Shown here in pieces: positions 36,715 through 47,253 of a stretch of 64,000 nucleotides of DNA. The notes beneath the pieces are model-generated. The model was not told where the DNA came from and did not search any database. It saw only the letters and a program-made list of their open reading frames with translations. The DNA comes from an uncultured bacterium (GTDB lineage: Bacteria; Krumholzibacteriota; Krumholzibacteriia; Krumholzibacteriales; Krumholzibacteriaceae), in the NCBI GenBank assembly GCA_965371515.1, contig CBDUYR010000004.1:1-64000 (forward strand), given 5' to 3'. Position 1 is the first letter of the stretch, and the number at the start of each line of letters is the position of its first letter. The translations under genes and the position numbers were made by a program.

Positions 36715-39205
36715 TTTCACGTTCCTCCACTCCGCTGCCGCTCGTGAAATCGACGAGGATACCCGACACCATCTCTGTCTCCCCTTCGGCAAGGGCCCTC
36801 GATATTTCCATCAGCACACCGGTGACTCCCTCGGGTACTCCGTCCGTACCGACACTCTCCAGCCGGACTTCACCGTTGTCTTCTGCCGCACGCACCTCCC
36901 ATACCATTCCCTTCTCTTCGGACAGACTTGCCGCGGCACTCAGCAGCGTCGCTGTGCCGACAGCGCCGTCGGTGCGGATTATGACAAGCTTCTCTTCCTT
37001 GCCACGGAACAGGTTCCCTACTACCGCTTCGCCGAACAGTGCCGCGCGCCTCACATCGTCGTCCCGGTGAGCCCCCCCGCGACTGATCACTACCAGCCTC
37101 GAGCCGGCCGAGACAGCGGCGTCGGCCAGCCTCTCGAGGGGCAGAACGACCTTGCGTATAAAGGCATCGAGTGGATTCGACAGTTCCCGCACGGTCATGT
37201 CGAAATCGATTATCATCACGTCGGGCGAGATCTCCGCAACGAGCCGGATAGTGGCGATGCGATCCTCGAGCACACCGAGATAAACTCCTGTGGGCGTCTC
37301 GATCCATGCCGAACTCTCCTTCACTACGAAAAGATCGTCGGTTATCACCGAGAGAGACGCCGATCGGCCGAACCTCACGGGAGAGGCCCTTACAACCGGC
37401 CCGTTGCCGGCGGCCACGACCTTCATTCCGTCGAACAGCCCGATTTCCGCCGGGAGACGTCCGGCCGCCTCCGAGGGATCGCCCAGGACCCTGACAGGAA
37501 CACCGTAGCGCTCCAGCTGATCGAATCTTTCCGGAGGCACCCTGCCCGCGTAAGAGGCGGAGATCACAATCTCATCGACACCGTGGTGGGCAGCGATGCT
37601 CTCGATCTCCCCCATGCTCCCGAGGACGGGAATACCGTGGATCATTCTCCCGTGCATTGAACGCCTGTCGTCGAGCCAGCCGACCGGGTGCAGGCCTTTC
37701 GTCTGCTTGACCTGATGGAGAACGGCCTCTGCTGCATGGCCCGTCTCGCCGATCACGACCCTCCTGCCCTCGACCTCCTCGTGCGCGGGGAGTTCGTGGA
37801 ACCAGCGGGTGACCACCCTCGCTCCCGCCATAAACACGGTGAGAATGAACAGGTCTATCAGGAAGACCGAGCGGGGGAACGATTCGAATCTGAACAGGAA
37901 TGTGAAGAGAAGCACCATGATCGCCGAACCTACGGCGACCGCCCTGAATATCCTCACTATATCGTCGAATGTCGTATACCGCCAGACGGTCTTGTAAAGC
38001 CCGTAGTAATAAAAAACAGCCGTCCTGATCACGATGACTATGGGAAAGCTCACTATCATCGTCCGGATCTCCGCCTCGTGGAAACTGAAATTGAGGCGGA
38101 GCATGTAGCTGAGAACGTAGCTCCCGCCGATCAGCACGAGGTCGGTGAGAGCCGCAGCGAACATCCTCCTCGCGCTCCCTACTTCCCCTCCTTTTTCCAG
38201 CTTCCTGATCTTGAAGACAGCCCAGAGAAAGAAACCCGTCCAGATGACGGCGAGGCCGGAGATGAACTCGCTCTCGCCGCTTACCAGGAGAAACGCGCTC
38301 CCGCCGAGCAGGGCCGCGATGAAATACTCGAGAAGGGCGACCTGCTTGTGGGAATGACCGAGATCCGTCAGTCTCTGGTAGTAGTGCGTCCTGTGTGCGG
38401 CGAAGATCCTCTTTCTCTGTATCATCCTTCTCACCAGCGTAAGAGCCGCGTCCCCGAGGACGCCACCCATCAGGAGTATCGTCACGAACGCCGGAACACC
38501 GTGGCGCGCCCCCGCGATCGAGAGGACTGCGAACATGAAACCGATGAAAGTGGACCCGCAGTCTCCCATGAATATCCTGGCAGGTGGGAAATTATAGCGG
38601 AGAAAACCGAACAGCACACCGGCGATGACCGCGTATACCAGCCCGAAGGCCGGATCTCCTGCCGCGAAGCCGAGCAGCACGAGGAATACGGCGGCGATCA
38701 TGCCGACGCCAGCCGCCAGCCCGTCGAGCCCATCGATGAAATTGTAGAAATTAACGATTGCCGTTATCCAGAGGACCGTGATCGGGATGGCCGCCGGACC
38801 GAGCGGCAGCGTTCCTAAAAGAGGGATCCTGACCTCCTCGAGGAGTACTCCGGAAGCTATGACAGTTCCGGCGGCTGCCAGCTGCACGACCAGCTTCAGC
38901 TTCGCATCGAGACCCCTCAGATCGTCGATGAGCCCTACCGTGGCTATCATCGCCGCCGCCACGAAGATCCCCGTCTTCGAACCGATACCGGGGAGAGGAT
39001 CGAATCCTGCGAGTCTGGCCGTAAACATGGTCAGAAAGAACGCGAGTACGATCGCGACCCCTCCGAGACGCGGTTTTGGCACCTCGTGAGAACCGCGGTC
39101 TGTCGGCATATCGAGCAGGGACCGGCGAAGAGAGTACCGCAGTATCGCCCCCGTTATCAGGAACGAGATCAGTAATGCCTCGAGAAAGAAGAGAAGTTCA
39201 CGCAT
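36707..39205 (-). CDS. Fusion: WecA/TagO-type polyprenyl-P GlcNAc-1-P transferase, CapD/PglF-like membrane and CoA-binding domains, degenerate dehydratase remnant
   Basis: PRLGG, GLIDD, NFIDGLDGLA, FMGDCGS; then GLYKTVWRY, FPRSVFLID, VGWLDD..IHGIPVLG. Confidence 0.8.
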   Translation of the reverse strand: MRELLFFLEALLISFLITGAILRYSLRRSLLDMPTDRGSHEVPKPRLGGVAIVLAFFLTMFTARLAGFDPLPGIGSKTGIFVAAAMIATVGLIDDLRGLDAKLKLVVQLAAAGTVIASGVLLEEVRIPLLGTLPLGPAAIPITVLWITAIVNFYNFIDGLDGLAAGVGMIAAVFLVLLGFAAGDPAFGLVYAVIAGVLFGFLRYNFPPARIFMGDCGSTFIGFMFAVLSIAGARHGVPAFVTILLMGGVLGDAALTLVRRMIQRKRIFAAHRTHYYQRLTDLGHSHKQVALLEYFIAALLGGSAFLLVSGESEFISGLAVIWTGFFLWAVFKIRKLEKGGEVGSARRMFAAALTDLVLIGGSYVLSYMLRLNFSFHEAEIRTMIVSFPIVIVIRTAVFYYYGLYKTVWRYTTFDDIVRIFRAVAVGSAIMVLLFTFLFRFESFPRSVFLIDLFILTVFMAGARVVTRWFHELPAHEEVEGRRVVIGETGHAAEAVLHQVKQTKGLHPVGWLDDRRSMHGRMIHGIPVLGSMGEIESIAAHHGVDEIVISASYAGRVPPERFDQLERYGVPVRVLGDPSEAAGRLPAEIGLFDGMKVVAAGNGPVVRASPVRFGRSASLSVITDDLFVVKESSAWIETPTGVYLGVLEDRIATIRLVAEISPDVMIIDFDMTVRELSNPLDAFIRKVVLPLERLADAAVSAGSRLVVISRGGAHRDDDVRRAALFGEAVVGNLFRGKEEKLVIIRTDGAVGTATLLSAAASLSEEKGMVWEVRAAEDNGEVRLESVGTDGVPEGVTGVLMEISRALAEGETEMVSGILVDFTSGSGVEERESG

Positions 39206-39321
39206 GTAATTCTTCCATGGCGAAATGCCGAATTCCGCAAAGCGTGATGATACTTTATGCGAGATGGCCGGACAAGCGATTTCGGCCGGTCACGCCCCCT
39301 CGCCTGACCTCATGAATATCC

Positions 39322-39350
39322 TTGCCGGTCTGCCGGCCGACGATTAGAAT
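39322..39350 (+). promoter_or_regulatory. Sigma70-type promoter for the plus-strand GT4
   Basis: TTGCCG-17 nt-TAGAAT. Confidence 0.55.
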
Positions 39351-39397
39351 ACTCGGGAATCTGTATATTTCCGCCCCTTTTCGGGATTTACGGCGCC

Positions 39398-40579
39398 ATG
39401 AACGACAGGATCTCAATCACTCATCTTATAACGGGCACCTCTACCGGCGGCGCCGAGACGATGCTCCACAAACTCGTATCGAGGACCGACAGGGAAAGGT
39501 TCGACGTCAGCGTGATCTCGCTGACGACCGCGGGGGAAGTCGGCAGAAGGATGATCGACGAGGGAGTTTCCTTCCACTCTCTCGATGCGTCGAGAAGCGG
39601 CCTCGATCCATCGGCGCTCGTCAGACTGATCCGGGTCCTCCGGAGGACCCGTCCCGACATCCTCCAGACATGGATGTATCATGCCGACCTGGCAGGCGGA
39701 CTCGCCGCCAGGTTAGCACACTCGATCCCCGTCGCCTGGAACATCCGACACAGCGATCTCGATCCGGACCACATGAAGAAGAAGACGATACGCGTGGCGG
39801 AGTGGTGCGCCCGCCTTTCCCGGCGTCTCCCCGAAAGGATCGTCTGCTGTTCGCGGGCCTCCATGGAGACCCATGCGGCGATCGGATACGACAGGGAGAG
39901 GATGGTCGTAATCCAGAACGGGTTCGACACATCGCTCTTCGCACCCGACAGCAACGCCCGGAACTCGGTACGCAAAGAACTCGGCCTCGACAGGGACACG
40001 CCGCTCGTCGGCCTCGTGGCGAGATACCATCCCCAGAAGGACCATGCGACATTCATACGTGCGACCGGTATCCTGCACGCGGAGATGCCTGAGGTCCGTT
40101 TCGTCCTCTGCGGAAAGGACGTGACGGCAGAAAACATGGATCTTGCCGGAATGATCGGAGAAGCGGGTCTCGAGGGTGCGATCCACCTGCTCGGACGGCG
40201 CGCCGACATTCCGAGGATACAGGCATCACTCGACATCGCCTCATCATCCGCCTCGAGCGGCGAGGGATTCCCCAACATAATCGGAGAGGCTATGTCATGC
40301 GGAGTGCCGTGCGTTGTGACAGACGTGGGTGATTCGGCGGAGATCGTGGGAGACTTCGGGCTGGTCGTCGAACCGGCAAACCCGGAAATGCTCGCCGCCG
40401 GCTGGAAAAAGATCCTCGATATGAAACGTGAAACGAGAGCGGCCCTCGGTGAAAAAGCCCGGGAGAGAATAGAAAAAAACTACGAGATCGGCGCCGTCAC
40501 CGCCAGGTACGAGGTCATGTATATCGGCATGTGCGGGGAACACGGGCCGCGGGGGGATTCCGTCACTTCCGCCCAGTGA
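39398..40579 (+). CDS. Glycosyltransferase family 4
   Basis: GGAETML, QTWMYHADL, QKDH, EGFPNIIGEAMSCG. Confidence 0.9.
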   Translation: MNDRISITHLITGTSTGGAETMLHKLVSRTDRERFDVSVISLTTAGEVGRRMIDEGVSFHSLDASRSGLDPSALVRLIRVLRRTRPDILQTWMYHADLAGGLAARLAHSIPVAWNIRHSDLDPDHMKKKTIRVAEWCARLSRRLPERIVCCSRASMETHAAIGYDRERMVVIQNGFDTSLFAPDSNARNSVRKELGLDRDTPLVGLVARYHPQKDHATFIRATGILHAEMPEVRFVLCGKDVTAENMDLAGMIGEAGLEGAIHLLGRRADIPRIQASLDIASSSASSGEGFPNIIGEAMSCGVPCVVTDVGDSAEIVGDFGLVVEPANPEMLAAGWKKILDMKRETRAALGEKARERIEKNYEIGAVTARYEVMYIGMCGEHGPRGDSVTSAQ

Positions 40580-41747
40580 GGGAATCGAGACTGTCGACCT
40601 GCAGCTGCGTCACGACGCGCTCGTCGAAGAGATCGATGACCCTCTGCCTGCCGGCCCTTCCCATCCGGACAGCCAGGTCCTCATCCAACAGGATCCTCAG
40701 CATCGCCTCTCCCAGGGCGTAATGGTCGCGTGGCGGGACCAGAAGGCCGGTCTCACCGTCGACGACTTCCTCTCTGCATCCCCTGATATCGCTCGCCGCC
40801 ACGGGCAGGCCCGTGGCCATCGCTTCGAGCAACGACCGGGGCATCCCCTCGCGGTAGCTCGGCATCGCAAAGAGATCGAGCAGGGAGAGTATCACCGGGA
40901 CGTCCTTCCTGTAGCCGGTCATCACGAGCCGTCCCGACAGTCCCTCATCGCGCACCAGCCTCTCTATCTCAGCCTGGCAGCCGTCCCGGTCGCTCTCGAG
41001 GGGCGCTCCGACCATGATGAATCTGGCGCCGGGGAGCTCGCGCGAGACTATCCCGGCAGCCTTCACGAATTCGACCGCTCCCTTCTCCCTCACGATGCGT
41101 CCGGTGAACCCGATCACGGGACCGCCGTTTATCCCGAATTCCTCCCTGAGAGCGGCCGCCGCCCTCGCGTTCGCCTCGCGCCCGAACATGGACGGATCGA
41201 CACCGTTGCCTATATGCACGAGTTTCTCCGCGGGGGCTATTCGCGACTCGACCGCCTCCTCGAGGTCCTCACCGCTCTGGACGAACACCAGGTCGGAGAG
41301 CGAGGCTCCGAATCGCTCGATCGAGCGCATCACGCCGCGTACCGGACCGCGCATGTCCTCGTGAAAGTAGAAGCCGTGAGCGGTGTAGACGATCCGGGGC
41401 ACTCGAGCCGTCTTCGCCGCAACCCGCCCGAGCAGCCCCGCCACCGGCGTATGGGTGTGGACTATATCAAAGCATTCCCTGCGCATCATACGAAACAGGC
41501 GCACGAACGAGACCGCGTGGGAGAAAATATTATAAGATCTGGAGATCGGGATCCGATATACTTCGAATCCCTCCTGTTCCAGCCCGTCGAGTCCCTCCCC
41601 CGGCGAGCAGCAGAACGAGACCTCATAACCCGCGTCACGGAGACTCAGGCCGAGCGGCCTGAGAAGGTGGTATGCAGTGAAATCGACAGCACAGAGCTGA
41701 AGGATCTTCAAACCGCCCCCCCCGCCATGGGACCGGCCGGCTTTCAC
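40563..41747 (-). CDS. Glycosyltransferase family 4 (CapM/PglA-like)
   Basis: VHTHTPVAG, YTAHGFYF, REKG, REGMPRSLLEAMATG. Confidence 0.9.
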   Translation of the reverse strand: MKAGRSHGGGGGLKILQLCAVDFTAYHLLRPLGLSLRDAGYEVSFCCSPGEGLDGLEQEGFEVYRIPISRSYNIFSHAVSFVRLFRMMRRECFDIVHTHTPVAGLLGRVAAKTARVPRIVYTAHGFYFHEDMRGPVRGVMRSIERFGASLSDLVFVQSGEDLEEAVESRIAPAEKLVHIGNGVDPSMFGREANARAAAALREEFGINGGPVIGFTGRIVREKGAVEFVKAAGIVSRELPGARFIMVGAPLESDRDGCQAEIERLVRDEGLSGRLVMTGYRKDVPVILSLLDLFAMPSYREGMPRSLLEAMATGLPVAASDIRGCREEVVDGETGLLVPPRDHYALGEAMLRILLDEDLAVRMGRAGRQRVIDLFDERVVTQLQVDSLDSLTGRK

Positions 41748-42346
41748 GCCCGGCCGGGCGATGTGAGTATCTCCTCGACAAGCCCGCAGAGGATGTGCCC
41801 GAGGGCCATGTGGATCTCCTGGATTCGGGCAAAGTCCTCGTCGGGCACTACAATTGCGAGATCGGCCCGTTCGGCCAGGGTGCCGCCGCCCGCGCCCGCG
41901 AAAGCAAGAGTCTTCATACCGAGGCTCGCCGCCATCGAGACCGCCTCTATGACGTTCAGCGAGTTGCCGCTCGTCGACAGTGCCAGCAGCACATCTCCGG
42001 AGCTGCCGATCGCCTCTATCTGCTTGGAGAAGACATCGTCGTAACTGAAATCGTTCGCGATCGCCGTCACGATCGAGCTGTTCGCGGTCAGGGCGAATGC
42101 CTTGTATCCGCTTAGCTTCTTCCTGCGGAACCTCCCGACGAGCTCACCGGCTATATGCTGCGCGTCCGCGGCGCTCCCGCCGTTGCCGCAGGTCAGGACG
42201 ACCTTTCCGGACTCTATCGCGCTCGCCATGAGCTCCGCCATCTCTACGAGAATCTCCGCCTGCTGACGGGGAAACGATTCGAGCGCTTTCTTCAGAGCAT
42301 CGAGCTCTCCGAGGACCTGTTCAATATACCTGTCGTTGTGTGTCAT
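41744..42346 (-). CDS. gmhA: Phosphoheptose (sedoheptulose-7-P) isomerase
   Basis: CGNGGSAADAQH, TAIANDF, STSGNS, RIQEIH. Confidence 0.93.
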   Translation of the reverse strand: MTHNDRYIEQVLGELDALKKALESFPRQQAEILVEMAELMASAIESGKVVLTCGNGGSAADAQHIAGELVGRFRRKKLSGYKAFALTANSSIVTAIANDFSYDDVFSKQIEAIGSSGDVLLALSTSGNSLNVIEAVSMAASLGMKTLAFAGAGGGTLAERADLAIVVPDEDFARIQEIHMALGHILCGLVEEILTSPGRA

Positions 42347-42395
42347 ATCTTCACCATATCATGTTTCACTGCCGCGCCGGATCTCCGGGACACGA

Positions 42396-43868
42396 TTAAT
42401 TCGTAAGGGCAACTATCGAGATAACCAGCATTCCAACGCCGATCAGCCCGCTGAAGATATCGGAGAATATCTTCGTCCTGCTTCGCTTGACGATGATGAC
42501 GTCCCCGCTGTTCGGGTAATAGTCACGGCCCGTCTGGATCGCTGTGCCGTCCTTCGATATGATCATGATCCTGTCGATGCTTCCCTCGTGTGTGGGCCCT
42601 CCAGCCGCACCGACATACTGGGCGACCGTCCAGTTGCTCACGAACCGGACGCTTCCTGGTATCTGCACCTGTCCACCGACAGCTACGGTCTGATTGACCG
42701 TGGGTATGTGCAGGATATCGCCGTCGATCAGCGGGATGTCTTCGGCGATGCTCGGCGGCGTGAAGTCTTTAAGGTTCACTTTGATCAGCTCGCCGGTCTC
42801 TCTCTCGAGAGTCGCAGCGGTAAGATCAACGTTGGTGTTGTAGATCGCCACGCGGCCCAGCAGGCTTCGCAGCCCCTCACCCTCTGTAATATAGTAACTG
42901 CCTTCCTGCTTCGTCGCGCCGAAGACGAACACCCTGCTCGTGCCGGTCATGCCGTCGATCACGTTCAGCTCGTCTCGGTCTTTCAGAACCATGTCGAATT
43001 CGTACGACTGTACCTGCAGCGTGATGACCGAGCCGTCCTCCTGGATCCTCGTGAGCAGCACCCTGTCCCTGACGGCCTCCGCCTTGAATCCTCCCGCGAG
43101 ATCGATCAGGTCACCTACCGTCTCGTGAGGCAGTATCTCGTAATTCAGGGACTTGTGGACGGCGCCTCTTATCGAGGCGTGCCGCTGGGCGATCGGAACG
43201 TGTATCCGGTCACCGTTTGAGAGGAACGGGTTGCTGGAGAAATCACCCTTGAGAACATATCGGAGAATATCGACATTTATGGTGTCCGTTCCCCTGTAGA
43301 GGATTACACTCCTGTTTGATCCCTCGGCCGCGATGCTGCCAGCCAGCTCCACCGCGTCCGAGACGCGCTGCACAGCCGAGACGTTTACCGCCCCGGGCTT
43401 CTCGACCTCGCCGGTCACAAAGACCCGGAACACCCTCGGTTCCTGCAGGTAGCAGAAGATCTTCACGTTCTTGAAGAACCTGTTGACCTCCTCGTTGAGC
43501 CTCTTCCTGAATTCTGTGAGGGTCAGACCGTCGGCCTTTATTGCGCCCACGTCCGGTACGAAGACGTCGCCTTCCGGCAGCACCACGATGGCGAACGTCC
43601 TCGATTCCGTCCCGATAACGTTGACGAGGAGCATGTCGTACGGCCCGAGGATATACAGGTCGGGATCGATCGCCTGCTCAAGCTTCGGGATGTCGTGACT
43701 CGACCTCTGCCGCTCGACAAGCTGGCCGTATCCTGATTCCCTGTTTTCCAGATCGACCTGGTCTGCCCGATTCATCCGCTCGTTGTCGCTCGTCTGCGCC
43801 GAGGCGAGACCGGCCGAGATCGTCACCGCCGCACAGACGGCGGCGATTATTAAGACTGTAGATTTCAT
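42396..43868 (-). CDS. SLBB-repeat polysaccharide export protein (Wza/KpsD-like)
   Basis: Signal peptide; YILGPYD Poly_export motif; repeated V.GEV..PG / LAGG SLBB units; C-terminal hydrophobic helix. Confidence 0.8.
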   Translation of the reverse strand: MKSTVLIIAAVCAAVTISAGLASAQTSDNERMNRADQVDLENRESGYGQLVERQRSSHDIPKLEQAIDPDLYILGPYDMLLVNVIGTESRTFAIVVLPEGDVFVPDVGAIKADGLTLTEFRKRLNEEVNRFFKNVKIFCYLQEPRVFRVFVTGEVEKPGAVNVSAVQRVSDAVELAGSIAAEGSNRSVILYRGTDTINVDILRYVLKGDFSSNPFLSNGDRIHVPIAQRHASIRGAVHKSLNYEILPHETVGDLIDLAGGFKAEAVRDRVLLTRIQEDGSVITLQVQSYEFDMVLKDRDELNVIDGMTGTSRVFVFGATKQEGSYYITEGEGLRSLLGRVAIYNTNVDLTAATLERETGELIKVNLKDFTPPSIAEDIPLIDGDILHIPTVNQTVAVGGQVQIPGSVRFVSNWTVAQYVGAAGGPTHEGSIDRIMIISKDGTAIQTGRDYYPNSGDVIIVKRSRTKIFSDIFSGLIGVGMLVISIVALTN

Positions 43869-43873
43869 ATCCC

Positions 43874-46552
43874 TCACCGTCCGTTTATCAACCGCTCAAT
43901 AATTCCGGGGAGCGCCTCGAAGACCCTGTTCTCGCTTTCGAGGTCTTTCGTGCCGAGCTGGGCGAGATGTCTCTTCCCGCCACCTCCTCCGCCAGCCAGC
44001 GAACCGAGCTCTTTCACGAGACCGTCTGCCGTGACTCCCCTTTCGACAAGATCGTCAGTAACAGTGATCACGAAATGCATCTTTCCCTTGTCGGGCATGG
44101 AAAGAACAGCTGCGCCCGAAGGCACCCTCTCCCTGAACGAATCGGCCATGGCCCTGAGGGCCCCGACGTCCCTCGCGCCGGGCCTGCCGGCCGCGATCTT
44201 CATCCCCGATATATCTTTCGCGTCTCCTATGATCGCCTCCAGCCTGCCGCCGCCCTTCTCTATGTGCTTTATCTCTTTCTTCAACTCTTCCAGTGTCTCG
44301 AGCATGACACCGATCCTCATCGCCGTTTCGGCAGGTGTGGTCCTGAGCAGGGACGCCGCCTCTTCCTCGCGATCGAATGAGTCATAGACATGGCGGAGAG
44401 CTCCCTGTCCTGTTACGGCTTCTATTCTGCGTACGCCCGCCGCCACGCTGCTCTCCGACACGATGAGGAACAGACCGGCCTGACCGGTCGACGAGAGATG
44501 CGTACCGCCGCACAGCTCGGTCGACACGTCCCCCATCCGAACGACACGCACCTTCGCTCCGTATTTCTCGTCGAACAGGGCAACGGCCCCGGAGTCCATT
44601 GCTTCCCGGTAATCCATCAGCTCCGTCTTTACCTCCAGTGAATCGCGTATCCACCGGTTCACGAGCTCCTCGATCTTTCTCTTCTCTTCCCCGGTGACCG
44701 CCTGGAAATGGTTGAAATCGAATCTCAGCCTGTCGGGCCCCACGAGCGACCCGGCCTGGGCGACATGGCCGCCCACGACCTCGCGCAGCGCGGCGTGGAG
44801 AAGGTGAGTCGCGGTATGGCTGGCCGCCGTCGCGAGCCTTGCCTCATCGTCGATATGAAGTCTTATCTTTATACTCCCCGAGACCAACTCCCCGATATCG
44901 GGAATATCATGGGCCGGCTCGGCCACGTGGATTATCTCTCCGCCCCTCTTGAGCACATCGCGAATTTCCAGCCTGTGCCCCGCCGCTTCTATCCAGCCGC
45001 TGTCGGCGAGCTGCCCGCCCGATGTGGCGTAGAACGGCGTCCTGTCCAGTATCAGCTCGATCGCCGCGCCACCCTCCCCGGACCAGTCGATGTCTTTCCT
45101 CTCCGCTTTATCGAACACCCTGTATCTGCGAACCTCGGCCTCGCCGCCGACGCTCTCGTATCCGGTGAATATCGAGCTCTCCCCTTCGGACAGCTCCGTC
45201 ATCTCGACGGGTGCCTGTTCGCCGGCTTCGAAGGCGCTGCTCTTCTGGGCACGTTTCCTCTGCTCCTCCATCGCGGCGGCAAATCCTTCCTCGTCGACTT
45301 CGAGTCTCTCGTCTCCGGCAAGCGCGACTGTGAGCTCCAGCGGAAATCCGTATGTGTCGTAAAGCAGGAAAGCCTGGGCGCCATCGATCCTGCTGCCATT
45401 TGCTTTTTTGATATCATCGACGATGGCCTCGAATCTGGACCTGCCTTCCTCGATGGTACGGAAGAAACTTTCCTCCTCGGCCCTGATTATCATCGCCGTG
45501 TCGGGCGCCCTCGCAACCAGGTCGGGATAATCCTCTCCCATGACCCTGACGACCTCGTCGACCAGGCCGTAGAGGACCGGTTCGGCGATCCCGAATGTGT
45601 GAAGCCGCGTCAGGGCACGTCTCAATAGCCGCCTGAGGATATACCCCCTGCCCTCGTTCGAAGGGTATATCCCCTCCGAGATCGTGAATGTCAGCGCCCT
45701 CGCGTGATCGGCGATCATGTTGATACCCATCTTCGCATCACCGGTCGTATCGGTGTTTTCGGGCAGCACCGCGATGACGGCATCCACCAGGGGCTGGAAA
45801 ATATCGGTATGGAAGTTGTCCTCAGCGCCCTGCATGATCATCGCGATCCTCTCGAGGCCGGCGCCGGTGTCTATGCCCGGTTTCTCGAGGGGCCTGTAGG
45901 TGCCGTCCTCTTCGAGAAAGAACTGCGGGAAGACGAGGTTCCAGAATTCGAGGTACCGGTCGCAGTCGCATCCCGGGGCACAGCTCCCGCTGCCGCATCC
46001 CCTGGCCTCGCCGGCGTCGTAGTAGATCTCGGAGCACGGACCGCATACGCCGGTCTTCCCGACGGGGCCCCAGAAATTGTCCTTCCGCCCGAGCCTGGCA
46101 ATCCTTTCCGCGGGAACGCCGATGCGCTCGTTCCATATTTCGAACGCCTCGTCGTCATCCTCGAAAACGCTGACGTAGAGAAGGTCCTCTGGAAGCTGCA
46201 GCACGTCGATGACAAACTCCCAGGCCCACTCGATCGCCTCGACCTTGAAGTAGTCGCCGAAACTGAAGTTGCCCAGCATCTCGAAGAATGTATGGTGACG
46301 TAATGTCCTGCCGACGCTCTCGAGGTCGCCGGCCCTGAGACATTTCTGGACGCTTACCGCTCTCGTGTAAGGGAGGTCGTCCGGCGAGAGGTAGTAATCC
46401 TTGAACTGCACCATCCCCGCGGAAGTGAAGAGGAGGGTGGCATCGCCCTTCGGGACGAGGGGCGCACTGGACACCTCGGTGTGTTTCTTGCCGAGGAAAA
46501 AATCGACGTAGGCTTTCCTGATCTCATGAGCAGTCCTGATATTACTGTTCAT
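43874..46552 (-). CDS. alaS: Alanine--tRNA ligase
   Basis: LLFTSAGMVQFK, HHTFFEMLGNFSFGDYFK, HTATHLLH, ELCGGTH. Confidence 0.98.
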   Translation of the reverse strand: MNSNIRTAHEIRKAYVDFFLGKKHTEVSSAPLVPKGDATLLFTSAGMVQFKDYYLSPDDLPYTRAVSVQKCLRAGDLESVGRTLRHHTFFEMLGNFSFGDYFKVEAIEWAWEFVIDVLQLPEDLLYVSVFEDDDEAFEIWNERIGVPAERIARLGRKDNFWGPVGKTGVCGPCSEIYYDAGEARGCGSGSCAPGCDCDRYLEFWNLVFPQFFLEEDGTYRPLEKPGIDTGAGLERIAMIMQGAEDNFHTDIFQPLVDAVIAVLPENTDTTGDAKMGINMIADHARALTFTISEGIYPSNEGRGYILRRLLRRALTRLHTFGIAEPVLYGLVDEVVRVMGEDYPDLVARAPDTAMIIRAEEESFFRTIEEGRSRFEAIVDDIKKANGSRIDGAQAFLLYDTYGFPLELTVALAGDERLEVDEEGFAAAMEEQRKRAQKSSAFEAGEQAPVEMTELSEGESSIFTGYESVGGEAEVRRYRVFDKAERKDIDWSGEGGAAIELILDRTPFYATSGGQLADSGWIEAAGHRLEIRDVLKRGGEIIHVAEPAHDIPDIGELVSGSIKIRLHIDDEARLATAASHTATHLLHAALREVVGGHVAQAGSLVGPDRLRFDFNHFQAVTGEEKRKIEELVNRWIRDSLEVKTELMDYREAMDSGAVALFDEKYGAKVRVVRMGDVSTELCGGTHLSSTGQAGLFLIVSESSVAAGVRRIEAVTGQGALRHVYDSFDREEEAASLLRTTPAETAMRIGVMLETLEELKKEIKHIEKGGGRLEAIIGDAKDISGMKIAAGRPGARDVGALRAMADSFRERVPSGAAVLSMPDKGKMHFVITVTDDLVERGVTADGLVKELGSLAGGGGGGKRHLAQLGTKDLESENRVFEALPGIIERLINGR

Positions 46553-47231
46553 CGGTCTCTCCGGTGATCTCGCCCCTCAATATCCCCGCGCATATGCCTC
46601 CTACGATTCCAGCCGAGAAGCCTCTCCTCGTGAGAAAACCGCCGAGCCTTCGAGCCGCTTTTTCCCTGTCGGCCCTTGAGCCGGCCGGCTTCCGGACAGG
46701 TCCGGTGCGCGCCAGCCTGTCGACGGCCAGTTTCAATGCTATCCTCTCCTCTTCGCCGGGAGGAAAGGCCTCTGCGAGAAACTCGTCGGTGATCTCGGCC
46801 GGGACCCCCGCCCCGGACAGCTTCCTTCTGAGAAGGGCCGGTCCGGCGGGGTTGTGCCTGAGCCTGTATCCTATCAGCTCCGAGGCGAACCGCCTGTCGT
46901 TCAGCAGGTTTCTCCCCTTGAGCGTTTCGACAATATAATCCATCGAGGCTGGATTATCTATACCTTCCGCCTGAAGGGCGGCGCGGACCTCCTGCTCAGT
47001 CCGTTCCCGCCTCGACAGGAACCTGAGGGCGTGGGCGAGCCCCGCCTCCCGCGCGACCGGCCCTTCGAGCTCCTCGATATCGGTTCCGTCGAGTACCGTT
47101 CCCTCTTTGAGAAAACGCTCGGTCCCCCACCCCTTCAGAACGAGGAACGTCCTTCCCGACGAGGTCGCGACTCTGCGCAGCGACCCGGCGCTTCTCGATA
47201 CGGATACGATCTCTGTACTACCGCTATTCAA
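46542..47231 (-). CDS. recX: Regulatory protein RecX (start uncertain)
   Basis: ALRFLSRRERTEQEV, LLNDRRFA, FLTRRGF; directly downstream of recA. Confidence 0.85.
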   Translation of the reverse strand: MNSGSTEIVSVSRSAGSLRRVATSSGRTFLVLKGWGTERFLKEGTVLDGTDIEELEGPVAREAGLAHALRFLSRRERTEQEVRAALQAEGIDNPASMDYIVETLKGRNLLNDRRFASELIGYRLRHNPAGPALLRRKLSGAGVPAEITDEFLAEAFPPGEEERIALKLAVDRLARTGPVRKPAGSRADREKAARRLGGFLTRRGFSAGIVGGICAGILRGEITGETDEQ

Positions 47232-47253
47232 TGTCCTGGTCCGGATCAATGCC

